Shown here: piece after piece, positions 1 to 13,743 of the stretch
Numbering within the stretch: the first letter of the stretch is position 1
Layout of the letters: every line of letters starts with the position of its first letter
From: Lama guanicoe
Lineage: Eukaryota
Reading direction: 5' to 3'
NCBI GenBank assembly: GCA_013239625.1
Contig: MU053994.1
Coordinates: 3,601,589-3,665,588 of the forward strand
DNA length: 64,000 nucleotides
Notes under the pieces: generated by a model
Seen by the model: the letters and a program-made list of their open reading frames with translations, nothing else
Databases searched by the model: none
What the model was told of the DNA's origin: nothing
Translations under genes and position numbers: made by a program

Positions 1-4
1 GATC

Positions 5-437
5 TGTACTAGTTTCTTGGGGGCTGCCATAACAAAGAACCACAAACTGGTGGCTTAAACAACAGAAATTTACTAGCTCACAATTCCGGAGGCCAGAAGT
101 CTGCAATCAAGATGCTGGCAGGGAGATTCCTTCTGAGGCTGTGAGGGAGAATCTATGTCATGCCTCTCCACTAGCTCCTGGTGGCTTCAGGTTTTCGTTG
201 GCTTGTAGATGTTTTCTCCCTGTGTATTCACATCATCTTCCCTCTGTGTATGTTTGTCCCTGTCCTGATTTCCCCTTGTTATAGGGACACCAATCATACT
301 GAATTAGGGCTCATTCTAATGACCTCATCTTAACCTGATCATTGGCAAAGACCTTACTTCCAAGTAAGGTCCTATTCACAGGTACTGGGAGTTAGAACGT
401 CAACATCTTTTGGGTGGACATGATTCAGCCCATAACA
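5..437 (-). mobile_element. MaLR solo LTR, MLT1 family (MLT1C/D-like)
   Basis: Starts tgtactagtttc...gctgccataacaaagaaccacaaactggtggcttaaacaacagaaattt and ends cagcccataaca, the reverse complement of MLT1 termini; TG...CA ends. Confidence 0.9.
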
Positions 438-439
438 GT

Positions 440-1055
440 GCCTGAAGAGGAAAAGAGATCTCTAAGGTATTGTGGAGGTAGCAACTTCAGGAAACAGCTA
501 TCTCCCCAAGCACTGAGAGAACAGAGATGTTGAAATTATTAAAACTCAGAGACACAGAGGAGGGACCCCATGAGGCTGAGACACAGAAGCTTGAAGAAGA
601 GACCCCAGCTAACTGGTGCTAGTGTCTTTGTGCTAAAAGAAGAGGCCTCATGGGGTCTGGACCCAGACCTCTACTGGGTGGGTGCTGGTGTCTCTGGAGC
701 AGGGGGAATGAGACTGGTTCTGCAAGTGCTGGAAAAACTACAAACTGGCTTCAGCTGCTGCTACAAGAAGGGTCTACCACTGCCGGGATTAAGAAGTGAG
801 GTTGGAGTGATGCTCATAGGAACGGGAAGTCAATAGGGAGCCCCAAGAAGCAAACAGGCAGTAAACAAGAAGAAGCACATCCCTTCTTCCCTCTCCAGCC
901 TTGCCTCTCTCTCCAGCACTTCGTATGAGCAAAGCCTAAAAGGGAACAGCTGTCAAGCAGACTTGTGGTTTGTCGGATCCCAGTCCCAGCATCATAAAGC
1001 AGAGTACAGAAAGCTGGGTCTGGAGCTGAGCGAGAATAGCTTAATAACTGGCACA
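440..1055 (-). mobile_element. ERVL-class LTR remnant (LTR41-like)
   Basis: Reverse complement begins tgtgccagttattaagctattctcgctcagctccag, resembling the LTR41 5' end as recalled; left boundary uncertain. Confidence 0.6.
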
Positions 1056-2399
1056 CCGACCTAAGGCAATTGGGCAACTGAGAAAAGTAAGATTTTTATC
1101 CCAAGGAAAGTAAAGATTAGGCCCAAGAACATGGGTGCTTGATTAATGGTGTTTAATGAGGCAGTATCTGAGTGAGAAAGAAACACCTCTATAGAGGTGT
1201 GGCTATAAAGTAATATGATTGAATTTTTAACAACATACTAGAACTTCAGCATACAAATGAGAACAGATCTCTTCAAAGTAGTTTCATGGGAATTTTTTCA
1301 ACTCATTCTTTCAATATGGCCATGGTTCAAGAGTCTCTGGGACTCCTCTTTGGGAGTCTGTGGCCTGCATTTTGATTCCATCCATGATGCCAATACTTTG
1401 TCTTTTGATGGTGAATTAACTTTCTGGAAACAATTTAAAGTCATCCCAAGCTAAGCCTAGTGAATAAAAGTCACATGACAAAGTTTGACTCTGCTTTTTG
1501 GGGGCAGGTTGGGGAGAGGGCTTTTGGGGGGTGGTGTATCAAAATCAAAGTATACTTTTTATTTTATGGTGATATCTGGCTGGTGGTGTCTTATGCTAAA
1601 ATTCTCTCCTTGATAGTAAAGTGACGATAAACAGAGAAAAGATGAAAACTCACAGTAACAAAGAAAATCAAGACTAACATTTTGTCATTTGCTAACTCTG
1701 TTTAGAATGTCACCTCATTTATAAGGCTGACATACTTGCTTGAAAAGTACAATTTGTGATATACAGGCACTTTGCTTTCAATTACAGAAAAACATTTTTT
1801 GCCAAAGTGATAAAGGATGTCCTCTTGCTTCCTTCATGAAATATAGGGCTTGAGTGGCTCAAAATCATCAGGTTTGGGCCTACCAGAAAACATAACAGCC
1901 ATCCTCTTATTAGTGGGGAGGTATTATGAGACAGCCACAACACTCTCGCTCATCTCCTTTTCTGTTAGTATATCTCTTATATTTAGTAGAGACCAGAAAT
2001 CTTCCAGAAAACTATTAGCAAGGAAGTAAAGAGGGAATTGATCATACCTCACTGCAGTTAAAGAGACCCAAAGAACCCTTACCACAGTGCATGCTGGGGA
2101 TTATAGTCTTCCATGTTCTTCACTGAGTTAGCACACCATAAAACCAAGCTTTAGGAGTGGGAGAAGGTTCCAACTTAGTACATCAGAGGTGCTCAAAATG
2201 AGTATCTTCTGGGCACTGAAAATTGGATTGAGAGCAATGCACATCAACACAATTGAATTCTCAGAAGGTGAAGTGAGCAATGCTCAGGGGAAAATGAGGA
2301 CAACCAAAGTCTGTCTTTTGGCAAGAAGTGGGTCAGGATGGATCTCTTCTCCTTTTGGGGATGAGGAAACAGAAACAACTTACATAGAGGTCTATGAAA

Positions 2400-4020
2400 A
2401 TATATGGCCGAACAAGAGAAACGCCACCCTGAAGACTCAGGAGAAGAATGCTAACTATGAAATGATTTACTATTGAAACCAGTAGAAAATTATATCTATA
2501 AGGTTACAAGAGGATGTCACTTCTATGAAATAGGAGAAGTCTTAGGGAAAGTAGTAGCAGAAGTGAAGTCAGCTGTAGCAGAGTAGCAGGGAAATGGTTG
2601 AGATTAAAAAAAAGTTAAAAAGAAACTGTAAGAGAACTAGCAATCCAACAGCAGAATCAAAAACCCTTTCTGGGGACAGAAAAGAACAGAATTAACACTA
2701 AAAAAACTGAACTGGTAATGCAGAAAAGAAACATAATTTTTTTTCTCAGAATGTAGGAAACAAGTAGAAAAAAGGAAAAGACATGGGTAAATAGAAAATT
2801 TATCAAACCTAAAAATTATAGATATACCAGAGAAAGAAATTAGTATGACCAGAATACATGCAATAATCAGACATAATTAAAGAAAATGTTCATGAGTCAC
2901 TAGAAGATCTGATTGATCAGATTGAAAGTCTAGAATCTTCCAGGCACAAAAAATCGAAATTCTCATGTAGATATACTTTTGGATGACAGGAATATAAACA
3001 TATCTTACAAATATCTAGTCCTTTAATTAGTTTACTTATAAAGGAAGGAAAAATCAGGCTAATCCCAGTGTTTTTAAGTAAAGGCTGAAAGACCACGGAA
3101 TAATGTCTAAAATATTTGGAGAGGAAAAGATTTGGTTCAAATAATCCATATTTATTTATGAATAAAGGAAACAGAAAGGCATGAGTATTATGGACTTGGA
3201 AAATATGCCATCCAGTTATTTTTTGAAAAAAATAACTTGAAGATTTACTCTGTGTAAACATTTACTATATGATTGCAAAAGTTTATAATGTTTATATTCT
3301 CTAAATAACTAAACAGGATAAACACAAACAATGCACAAGATATATGTGTCTTTAAAGGAAAAACTTTGCTTCAAAATGGCATAAAAGCAACAAAACATCT
3401 GTTATAACAATAAATATACATTGTTATAACTTCTAATTAAAACAGAAATAATCTCTGATTAGATTATGGTATAAACTATACCTACATATTGCTTATAAAA
3501 GACAAAAAGTCACTGAATCTTAAACATTAAAAATGGACATTTATCTTTGCAAATGCAAATAAAAGGAAAGCAGAGGTGGCAATATTAATTTCAGGCAAAG
3601 CCGAATTCAAGACACAAAGTATTATACAGAGCAAAGATACAACAACTATGAACTTTACATGCCAAATAACTAGTGTTGATATTTATAAAGCAGGAACTGT
3701 CAGAAACTCATTGAGAGACTCATACGAATTTAATAGCTTTTTAGAGATGTTAATATAACTCTATCAGATAAAACATGTAAAAATAAAAGGATGTGTCTAA
3801 TTTGAATAATATAATTAATAAAGTTAACTTAATAAAAATATATTGAACGTTATACCTTACAGAGAATGTGTTTTCTTTCTAATTAGCCACACCATAATTA
3901 TAAAAATTTATTTTACTAGGCCTCAAAGAAAACTCTAATGCATTTTAAACAGCAGAAATCATGCAGGCTATGCACTTAGGCACAATGCAATAAAACTAGA
4001 AAATAATTACAGTAGTTTAA
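2400..4020 (+). mobile_element. Ancient L1 remnant (ORF1 and ORF2 endonuclease region, decayed)
   Basis: A-rich strand; about 3549-3625 translates ANANKRKAEVAILISGKAEFKTQSI, matching the L1 endonuclease motif KKAGVAILISDKIDFK; gcaataaaactagaaa near 3987 is also typical. Many stops and frameshifts. Confidence 0.85.
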
Positions 4021-5369
4021 GCAACCCCCCAAACTGAGTTTCGCACCCTCCCAGTCAAGCAAGGGGATGCAAGAGGGAACGTGTCAGATGGCATTGGTAT
4101 GCTTCTGACTTATTCTGCTTCCTGTGTACAGGGGCTCTGTGTGCTCATGTCCAGGAGAGGAATCTATTTGGAAGAACTAAACACACCTGGGGATAAAAGA
4201 TCCACTGTTATATAATATCCCAACTTTAGAGATGATCCAATTCCTTTAGGATTTTCAGAAGTTTGGGTTTCACAGACAGCAACTGCTGAGTACTAAATAG
4301 GAGTGAGTCACGATCAGTTAAAAACCTTTTCTTCTCCTTGGGCCACACCCACCTAATATTCAGGCTAATGTAGGCATGAGCATATTACTCCAAGCAAAAT
4401 GCCTGGACAGTCCCCTCCTTCCTTTCCTGATTGCCCATCTTCCTTATACCAGTCAGAAAGCTACTTCCTTCCTCTCCTCCCTTTCTCTACCTGTCACCTT
4501 CCATTTCTTCTAACTCTCTGCTTTACTGGGGAGTATTAGAGTTGGTGGTTGAAACAGTGGAGATAACTTGTTGGATGAGAGGAATAAAATTCTAAGACAG
4601 TTCTCTGGATTGTTGATATTACTAGGAATGAGTATCATGTGCCCCACCCCTATTGCTAAGTGTCTTGCTCAGCAATACATCATCCCTACTAGGAAAGGAG
4701 CAGTTGTAATACTACTGAAAGGCGGGCGGGTGGAGAGAACCCATGTTGTCTTTCAGTCAATACCTGAGAAGGTCAAGGACTTTAAAGTTCTTTGCACAAA
4801 TTAAATTCAATAGAAAACTAACGTTGGTAAAGATGTTATTCAAAGCATTATTTCCTAGAATAGTGAACTCTGATCATAAGCAGTAGCCATGAAATGACTC
4901 AACGACAACAAAAAAGGAACTCAGCATGAATAAATACATCAAAATGTTCACATCTAAGGAATGGCTTCCTCCAAATAAAGATGAAGATTTAGTCCATGAG
5001 ATAATTGCTCTAGCTTAAAAAACCTATAATGACTCCTAGACCTTTGCACTAAGGCTGTGCACTTAATGAATGTCTCTTTCAAACTCATATTTCAGGGCTC
5101 AGTCTTGTGGCTAAATACTATCTAAGTAAACAATAACCTAATAAGTATGTAATGCTCTAATGAGCCAGCTGACAAAAGAAAGGTGACTCACAGTCTGGTT
5201 CCAACAACATAAGGCAAGTATGTGCCAGACCCAACTGCCCTTCTGTGCTATTCTGATCTCTGATTGGGCAAATGGTGAACACAGGAAGAGGGCTCTGTTT
5301 TGTTAGGAACATGGAAGTAGAAAGAAAGGAAGCATGGGCACACATCCAGTTGTTCTTTAATCTAACATT

Positions 5370-6232
5370 TACTGAACCCTTATTGGGAGTCAGACATTGT
5401 GTTAGTCTGTGGCAATAGATTCAATGCCTTAAAGGCTTTTCAGTCCAGCCAGGGGAGACAGACACATAATCAAATATAATACACATGATCAATGCTGGCC
5501 CAGTGCTTCTCAAACTCTAGTATGCTTAAGAATTACCTGGAGAGCTTGATTAAAACACACTCCATTATGAAAGCACATGCAGGGCATCGTGGGCTCATGA
5601 AGAGGGAGTTGTCTATTTTACCCGAAGGTGATGACTGAGCTGAATTTCAAAAAATAAGTAGATATTTATTCACCAGGCAAAAAAAAAAAAAAAGAAATGC
5701 ATTGAATTCAGAAACAGTTTGCTGTGTTTGGGGTTCAGCGTGGGGCAGATAAGGATGTAGAGAAGAACGTGAACCACATCATGAAGGGTCATAAATGCCA
5801 CATTGAGGAGTTGATTTTATCCAGTAGGCAATGGAGAGCCACTGAGAATTTTACGCAATGGAATAAGCCATGTGGGTATTTGGCAAAGAACATTCTAGTG
5901 AGAGGAAACAGCAAGGGTTGGAGTGTCCCAGGTATTTTCATGGACAAGCAAGGAGGCCAGTGTAGCTGGAATATGACAGGTACAGTACCAGGTGATAACG
6001 TCAGAGAAGTAGGCAGGGGCCAGATCGTGTAGGGCCTTAGGGATCATAGTAGAAACACTGGATTTTATTTTAAGCCCATTGAGCATAGGTATGATGTGAT
6101 ATCACTTAGGTTTGAAAGTAGCACTCTGGCTACCATGTGTACTGTAAGGGGACAGAAGTGGAGGCAAGAAAATAGTTAGGAGACTATTGTAGGAGTCCAG
6201 GGGCGTGGTGATGGTGCCTTGAACCATGGGAC
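5370..6232 (-). mobile_element. L2 LINE fragments (resume at about 7100-7210), with a short MER5A-like piece at about 5499-5560
   Basis: Purine-rich L2 antisense phrases (ggcaatggagagccactgag, ggggccagatcgtgtagggcctt, gttaggagactattgtaggagtccagg); cagtgcttctcaaact...aattacctggagagcttg is MER5-like. Confidence 0.75.
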
Positions 6233-7100
6233 TTTTTGACAAATTCCTATATTCATGTATCTACCACCACAGTCATGATACAGAACAGTTCCATGTTTCT
6301 AAAAATTGCTTCATGCTGCCTTTTTGCTATCATTCCTCTAAGCCCCAACTGCTGGCAACTGCTAATCTTATTTCTGTCTTATAGTTTTGCCTTTTCCAGA
6401 ATTTCACATAAATGGAGTCATACAATATGTTGCCTTTGGGGTCTGGCTTCTTTCATTAAGCAAAAGACACTTGACATTCACCCTTGATGTTAAGTGAATC
6501 AATAGTTCATCGCTCTTTATTGCTGAGTAGAATTCCATTCTATGGAACTATCACAGTTTGTTTCTTCATTCACCAGCTGAACCAAATGAAGGACATTTGA
6601 GTTGTTCCCAGTTTTTGGTGATTATGAATAAAGCTGCTATAAACATTTGTGTATAGGACTTTGTAAGAACATAAGTTTTCATTTCCTTTGGGTAAATATC
6701 TGGGAGGTTGATTGGTACATATGGTTAAGTGTATGTTTAACTTTATAAGAAATTGCCAGGGGGATGGTGAGAAGGGCATAGCTCAAATGGTGGAGTGCGT
6801 GCTTAGCATGCATAAAGTCCTGGGTTCAATCCCCAGTACCTCCTCCAAATAAATAAATAAATAAACCTAATTAGCTCCTCCCTAATTTTTTTAAATTAAA
6901 AAAAAAACTGCCAAACTGTTTTCCATTGAGTATACCATTTTACATTCTTGCCAGCAATACATGAGAGTTCTAGTTGCTCTGTAAGTTTATTAGCATTTGG
7001 TATTGCCAGTACTTTTTATTTTTGCCATTCTAGTGGATTTGGAATGGTATCTCATTGTGGTTTTAATTTGCAATTTGCTAACAACTAACGTTATTGAGCA
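6233..7100 (-). mobile_element. L1 3' end (L1MB/L1ME-like), interrupted by a SINE
   Basis: Antisense L1 3' phrases: ttttccagaatttcacataaatggagtcatacaatatg, gaataaagctgctataaacatt, tggtatctcattgtggttttaatttgc. Confidence 0.9.
6759..6901 (+). mobile_element. tRNA-Ala-derived SINE (camelid Vic-1-like)
   Basis: tRNA-like head gggcatagctcaaatggtggagtgcgtgcttagcatgcataaagtcctgggttcaatccccagtacctcc, (AAAT)n, A tail; TSD aagaaattgcca (6747-6758) / aaaaaactgcca (6902-6913). Confidence 0.92.
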
Positions 7101-8782
7101 AAGTAAAGCTGGAAGGATTTACTAATGGAATGGATGAGGGATGTGAAAGAGTGAGGAGTCAAGTGTGATTTCAAGGTCTTTGGCCTGATTAAGATGACAG
7201 TGAAAGAGGTGGAGAGAATTCAGAAACAGAGTTAATGTCACATTATTTCAGTGGCTCAGGAAAAGTTCAGAAATTGTCATTAGGAAAGAGAAAATGGTTA
7301 TTGTTACTGGGCAAAGGGAAAGTGATAGTGCACTCCTAGCTCATTCCCAACAGGAACTACGAATGAGATTTATTCAGAACAAATAGAACTGAAGATGATT
7401 AAAGAACTTTTTTTTATGGGTGGTGTGTGGGTGGAAAATGAAAGGTGTCACCCTCAAGGAAAGACATGTCAGTCTGGGAAAAGCAGGCTCCTGTTAACAT
7501 CTCATGGATGTGATTCACTGTGAAAGCCTGAAACCTGTTTTATAGCTTGGGTGGGTGGTGGCTGGGGCAGAATTGTTTTTACTGACACAAAGAACAGAGA
7601 GAAGTCAATGGATTGGATAATGGAACCTGGTACCTGGGTATAATTGACCATGATGTCATCTTGAATAAGCAAATCTAAGGAAAGAATCACACTAGTCCAC
7701 ACCAAGTAGAACCCTAAGAAAGCTGACAAAGCAAGGGGGCCTGTCAGAAATGCTATATCCTGGGTTCTCCAACTGGTTTCTCAGAAAAACCCAATATAAT
7801 TATCTATGTGTAGATTATCAATCATCTCTGGTTCAGATATACAAGAAGGTGATTTAAGGTACAATAAACAAGAGATTATCTGGGACCCTCCTGATATGGG
7901 TGTCATGACAACAAAGCTCCAATCAAAGAAGATAGAGATCTTCCTACCATATTTCTGAGATGCCTCATGGCCTGATTTCTAATTCTATTTTGGCTTCCTT
8001 ATCAATTCCTTCTCTTTAACTTCCTACTTTTATTTTTACTTATTGTTTTTAACAATTAAAATAGCCATTATTGTTTTGATTGTTGCTTTGTGAAAAATTC
8101 AAACAATTTAGAAAAATGTACTAAAGAAAATAAAACTTTTCTGAACTCTCATCCCACCCCAGATCCTTACCATTGATGTTTATGGGAGACTATTCTTTCA
8201 TGTTTATGCATGCATATTCACAGCTGGACTTTTACTTAAATGACTTGATATTACATATGCTTGTTTCTCTAATTCATGGAAAACTTTTGAAAAACCGAAA
8301 TTTATTTAATATTTTATTGACACCTCTCACCCACCACAGACACCCCCAGTAACCAATGTGAATAGCTCAGTGTTTTTCCTTCCAGAACTTTCTTCATTAT
8401 CATATAATTATAGCTCACATGGATGGGCACGCATGTGCACGCACACTCACCCACCAAGTTAATTGTTTAACAAAAACAGGGTCTTTGTAATGCACTTTTC
8501 TGGGTCTTCCTTTTCTCAACTGCATCATTCTTTTCTATGACTGCCTAATATTCTGTGCTCCAATTGAGTGACGTTAATTTTGCTTCCCTTTTTTAGCCAC
8601 TACAAACATTACTACAGTATTTCTGCATATATTCTTTACATACTGGAGATTTGTTTATCGTACTTGCATTTTTACTTCTACGTGAGGATTTCTGAGTTGA
8701 AAAATATGTGTAATTATAGTTTTAATAAATATTGCCAAATTACCTTCCAAAAAGATTGTTCATGATATCCTCATTATATTTT

Positions 8783-9541
8783 TCCATCATTATTAAAGTA
8801 TAATTGACAGAAGTTGTATATATTTAAGATTTATGACAACATTTTGATTTATGTCTACAATGTGAAATAACCACTACAATGAGGCTAATTAACATATCCA
8901 TCACTTCATACTGTTACCATTTTTTTGTGATGAAAATGATTAGGATTAGCAAATTTCAAGTATACTATACAGTATTGTTTACTATATTCACATTGCTTTA
9001 CAGTAGATCTTTAGAACTTACTCATCTTGGATAACTGAAATTTTGTACTCTTTGACCAACATGTCCCTACTTTCCCCTCCCCCAAGTTCCTGACAACTAC
9101 CATTCTGTTTTCTGCTTCTATGAGTTGGACTATTTTAGATTCCACGTATAAGTGAGATCATGCAGTATTTGTCTTTCTACGTCTGGCTTATTTCATTTAG
9201 CATAATGTCCTTCAGGTTCAGCCATGTTACGAATGTCAGGATTTCCTTCTTTTTTAAGGTTGAATAATATTTCATTGTGTGTGTATATATACAAGATATT
9301 TCCTTTATCCATTCATCAGTCGACGGACATTTAGGTTGTTTGCATATCTTGGAAACCCCTGCTCTAGTCTTTCTATTCTTTCCTATGCTGTTGTCCTTGG
9401 TTTCGGGGCTCTACTGGGTTGCTTCAGCTTTCTAATTGTACTACAGAGCCCTCACAGAATTATTTTTGTCAGTGGGTAATTGTTAAATCATTGTTTGTAT
9501 GGGATTGTGAGGGCTAGGACCTTCTAGTCTGCCATCTTGCT
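8783..9541 (-). mobile_element. Internally deleted L1: about 190 nt of 5' end fused to about 570 nt of 3' end (L1MA-like)
   Basis: Minus strand starts at a gcaagatggcagactagaagg L1 5' terminus; joins at 9352/9353 to ccaagatatgcaaacaacctaaatgtcc (ORF2 C-terminus) and 3'UTR; TSD cctcattatatttt (8769-8782) / ccttattatatttt (9542-9555). Confidence 0.8.
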
Positions 9542-10850
9542 CCTTATTATATTTTACGTGTTTTTTGGATCTGCAATAATGTCCTCTTTTTCATTCCTGA
9601 TATTGGTAATTTTGTTCTCTTTTCTTCTTGATCAGTTTTGTTAGGAGTTTATTAATCATATTCATTTTTTCAAAGAAACATATTTAACTCTATTAATTTT
9701 CTTTAGTATGAAACTGTTTTCTATATGACAGAGTTCTGATTTATCTTCATTATTTCTTTTCTTCTTTCTTTGGGTTTCATTTGTTGTATTTTCCCTAGCT
9801 CTTGAAATGGATATTTACATGTTATTTATTATTCAGCCTTATTTTTTCTAATATATACATTTATGGCTATATGTTTCTCCCTAAGTACTGAATCCCATAA
9901 GCTTTTGATATGTCTTTGTTACCATCTAGTTCACATATTTTCTGGCTTTCCTTGTAATTTCTTCCTTTACCCATGGATTAATCAGAAGTGTACTGATTAA
10001 TTACAAAACATTTGGAGGATTTTAGTTCTAGTTTAATCTACTATGTTTAGAGAATTCAACTTACATATGATTTTATTTATTTGAAATTTTTTGAAACTTG
10101 CCTAATGGCCCCACTTATGCTCTATTTTGGCAAAATTTCCTTGTCCACTTGGATGGAATGTTTATTCTGCAGTTGCTGATTGCAGTGTTCTATATATGCC
10201 TATTAGGACAAGCATATTAACCCTGTTCAACTCTTCTACATCTTTAATGATATTGTTATTATTAGATACTGAAAGATATATATGAAAACCTCCAAATATG
10301 ACTTTGCATTTCTCTTTTTCCTTTCAGTTCTGCTAAGTTTTGCTATATATATTTAAAATTGTGTTGCTAGGTATATACAAATTTAGGATTTCTATTGAGT
10401 TGGATTTCTATAGATTTCTGTTGAGTTGACCATTTTATCATTAATAAATTTTTTTTATCTCGAGTATTATTTCTTGCCTTAAAGAATATGCTAACTAATA
10501 TTATTATAGTTAAACCAGTATTCCTTTGGTTAGTATTTCCCCTTCCTTTTACTTTCTAACTTTCTGTGTAGTTATATATAAGGCATGACTCTCCTAAGCA
10601 GTGTATAGTTGGTTTTTTAAAAAATTAAATCCAATAATTTTGTCTTTTAATTGGTTTGTTTACTTCACTTATATTTAATGTAATTAATGGTATTGTTGAT
10701 TTTTCAGTCTACCGTTGTACTATATATATTTGTCCCATCTGTTGTTTCTTTTTCCTACTTTGTTGCCTTCTTTTATATTATTTATTTCTTATTTCATCTT
10801 TTCCTTCTGTTAGCTTGTTATATAGTTCATAGCTTTATTTTAGTAGTTCC

Positions 10851-11700
10851 CTTTCCAATATGACAGTGTGATGAGCTCCATGACTTGAATCCCAGTAAAA
10901 CTGGCAAAAATTATAAAAGTAATCCAACCATTTAGAGTCTCAGGAAATGGTCCTGCAGACACACAGCAAATGAAGAAACATGTATTCAAAAAAAAATCTT
11001 TTAAGACTTGGTATGAATTGTGGTATTTGTGCCATTCTTCCCCCATCTCACCTTAGCAAGATGGAAACTCCACTCTAGACTGGTAAGCCAAGAACACAAG
11101 GCTCTCTCTCCCCTCAGCTCCCAGTTAGAGGGCTAGCTTCCAAGCAGGGACAGGATGTCAACATTTCTCATTCTGCTCTTAGCTATCCATTGCTGAGACT
11201 ATGCTCTTCACAAATGGGGCTGAGAAGCGGGGCTCCTGTCTTCTGCTCAACTCCACCAGTGGGATGGAGGCTGTACTTTGGGCATGGTGCTGTTTAGAAT
11301 ACTGGGGCTCAGACTGCCCTTGCTGTGGCTTGTTGGGTAGGGAATCCATGCTGAGAGATGCAAGCTGAGCTGCTCTCTTCCATTCATTAAGTGCTCAGCT
11401 CCTAAAGCAGTGGTGTCACTGAAAAAGAAGAAGGTTCTCTGCACCAGCAAGAAAATCTTGGTTCAGAATTTTGGGCAGGGCAGAGAAGCAGTCTGCAGAA
11501 CAGAGAGCTTCAAATCTCCACCCAAAGAAACTTATTTTATTTGCAACAGATGTAAAGAAATTAAAGCCTAAGAGGCTCACAAAAATAGTGGAAGTTGTGG
11601 TAAAAGTTAATTGGGAGAAGACTAATGTATTCATTAGGGATACTGGCTAAATTGTAAGTCAGCTAGTTTTCCAGAGAGGAACAAAGAAAGAAACAGCTGT
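10851..11700 (+). mobile_element. L1 5'UTR-only fragment (L1MC-like)
   Basis: Higher-GC block opposite to the host L1; its end (ggctaaattgtaagtcagctagttt...aaacagctg) matches the reverse complement of 44159-44213. Confidence 0.65.
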
Positions 11701-12592
11701 CTGTCCTATAGATTATAACACACATAACTGACAGATTACAGTTTACTTTAAACAAATGCTTTTCTAATTTCCTGAACGTTGTAAGAAATTTATAACGCTT
11801 TAATGTCATTTTTTCCCATCTTTTTTATGTTACTGATGTCAATATTTAATTTTTCATATATTTCAAATCCTAAAGAAAATATATTCATTTAGATTTAGTC
11901 CCATATTTATCTTTCCCAGAGCTCTTCATTTCTTCTTGCATTATTCTACTTCCATCTGACATCATTCTCCTTTCATCTGAATAACTCCCTTTAGTGTTTC
12001 TCTTAGTGAAGTTTTGCTGGAATTATCTCATTCTCGTCAGAACATTTATTTTGCTTCATTTTTTGAAGTAGTTTCAGTGAGTGTAGAAATGTTGGTACTT
12101 TAATCTTTAAGCGTTTTATAAATATTATTCCATTGTTTTCTGGCTTCCATGGTTTCTTTTGAAAAGACAGTTGTTGGTGTTACTGCTATTTTGTTGGCAA
12201 TATGTCTTTTTTCCCTTCCAGAAGCTTTTAATGTCTTCTCTCTGTGTCTAGCTTTTAGAACCTCATTATGAAGTTCCTCTGTATTTATCCTGTTAGGAGC
12301 CCACAGTGATGGCTTTTCTGTCTTTTTCTAGTTTTGGAAAGTCTGATCAGTATTTCTTTAATCAGTGCTTGTTTTCTCTTTTCTCCTGAGACTCCAATTT
12401 ACACATCTTAGATCCTTAATATTATCCCATATATTTTGGAGGAATTTTTCCATCTTTTAATTTTCTCTCACTTATGGATATTTTATATTGACCTATATTC
12501 CAGTTTACCAGTTCTCTTTCTGCTATAAAATCCATTTTATTGAATTCTTAATTTCAGTGAATGTGTTTTTCAGTTACAATTCCATTTGACTG

Positions 12593-12611
12593 TATATATA
12601 TATATATACAT

Positions 12612-12643
<32 letters not shown>

Positions 12644-12671
12644 TATATATATATACACATATACATATATA
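12593..12671. repeat. Compound (TA)n(CA)n microsatellite
   Basis: Directly visible tatatata...cacacaca...tatata. Confidence 0.95.
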
Positions 12672-13743
12672 GGTATTTCAATTCTCTGGTGAAATTATTC
12701 TCCCTTCCCTCTGCTTTCTTAAATGTATTATTCATATTTATTTTAAGTTCCCTATCTGATAAGTCCAATATTTAAATTATGTTTATTTTTATTGTCTGGT
12801 TTTTCCTTGATTTTTACACATTTACTCATGTTTCTTGACATATCAAGAAACTCTTTTTAGTTGGATGCAGGACATTGTGTATTGAAAATTGTAGATGTTC
12901 AGCTGATGTGAACTTTCTCCTAGCAGGCAGATGTAGCACTGGAAGACCACCTTGATCCACTTGATAGCAGATGTTAACCTTTTTCATGGCTGGTCTATTT
13001 GTAGTTCTTACTGGTAGAGTATCACCCTTAGTCTTAGGGTGTTTCTCTTTTGGAGTCTCAATTTAAAGCCTCGTGTGTTTAAAAGGGCCATCCCACTTTC
13101 CGGAGCCTGAACTCCATTCTCTGATTTCCTAGCACTATTAGAATTCTGATGTCTTTTATCAGCAGTTCAGCACCCCAAGATGTTGCTTTCTTCTTGCTTT
13201 CCTGGGACTGTCATCTTGAGCATGCACACAACTTAGGAGTCAGTAAACATCTCAAGGTGAGATTGAGTCTAGAATGGTTTTTTTTTTTTTTTTGGTTCAC
13301 TCTTCTCCTATTTGAGTCCTGGTCTCCTTGGTAACGTAACACTTTGACTATTTTCTCTGCAACCCTGAGAGATTTCCACAAGCCCTGCCCAGGGCTTTCT
13401 GCTAGGTCTCTATTCTCAATGCAGTCAACTACCAAATGTACTAAAGAAAAAGTCAAAGGCAAATGAGGGGCCCACCTCAACATACATCCTAACTCTGAAA
13501 TTCTGACCCCTGGAGTCTTGCCTATCTTGTTATTCTCCAGTGACTTCACACAGATACTTTGTGCATTTGCACCAGCTTTTATAATGGTTCTTGGCAGGAA
13601 GTTTATTGCAAGACAAGTTGCTCCTTTGTGGCTAGAAGTTGAAGTCCATTGCTTGTGTTTTGTAATATTTTTTACTTGATCTTTCAGACCATTAATATGG
13701 CTCTCAAAAGTGACTATACTCTCTTTCATTTCATCCACTGATT

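Larger units (their letters stand above)
9556..13640 (-). mobile_element. Ancient L1 (L1ME-like) ORF2/ORF1/5' remnant, interrupted at about 10851-11700
   Basis: Long T-rich antisense L1 with typical phrases (tattctgcagttgctgattgcagtgttctatatatg, attccattgttttctggcttccat, ttttattgaattcttaatttcagt). Confidence 0.85.

Noticed and set aside
1240..1470. Possible Tc1/mariner-type relic
   Set aside because: Only a vague resemblance, with no TIR or TSD to support it.
13211..13738. 175-aa ORF
   Set aside because: Lies in the decayed 5' region of an old L1, with no domain similarity recognised.
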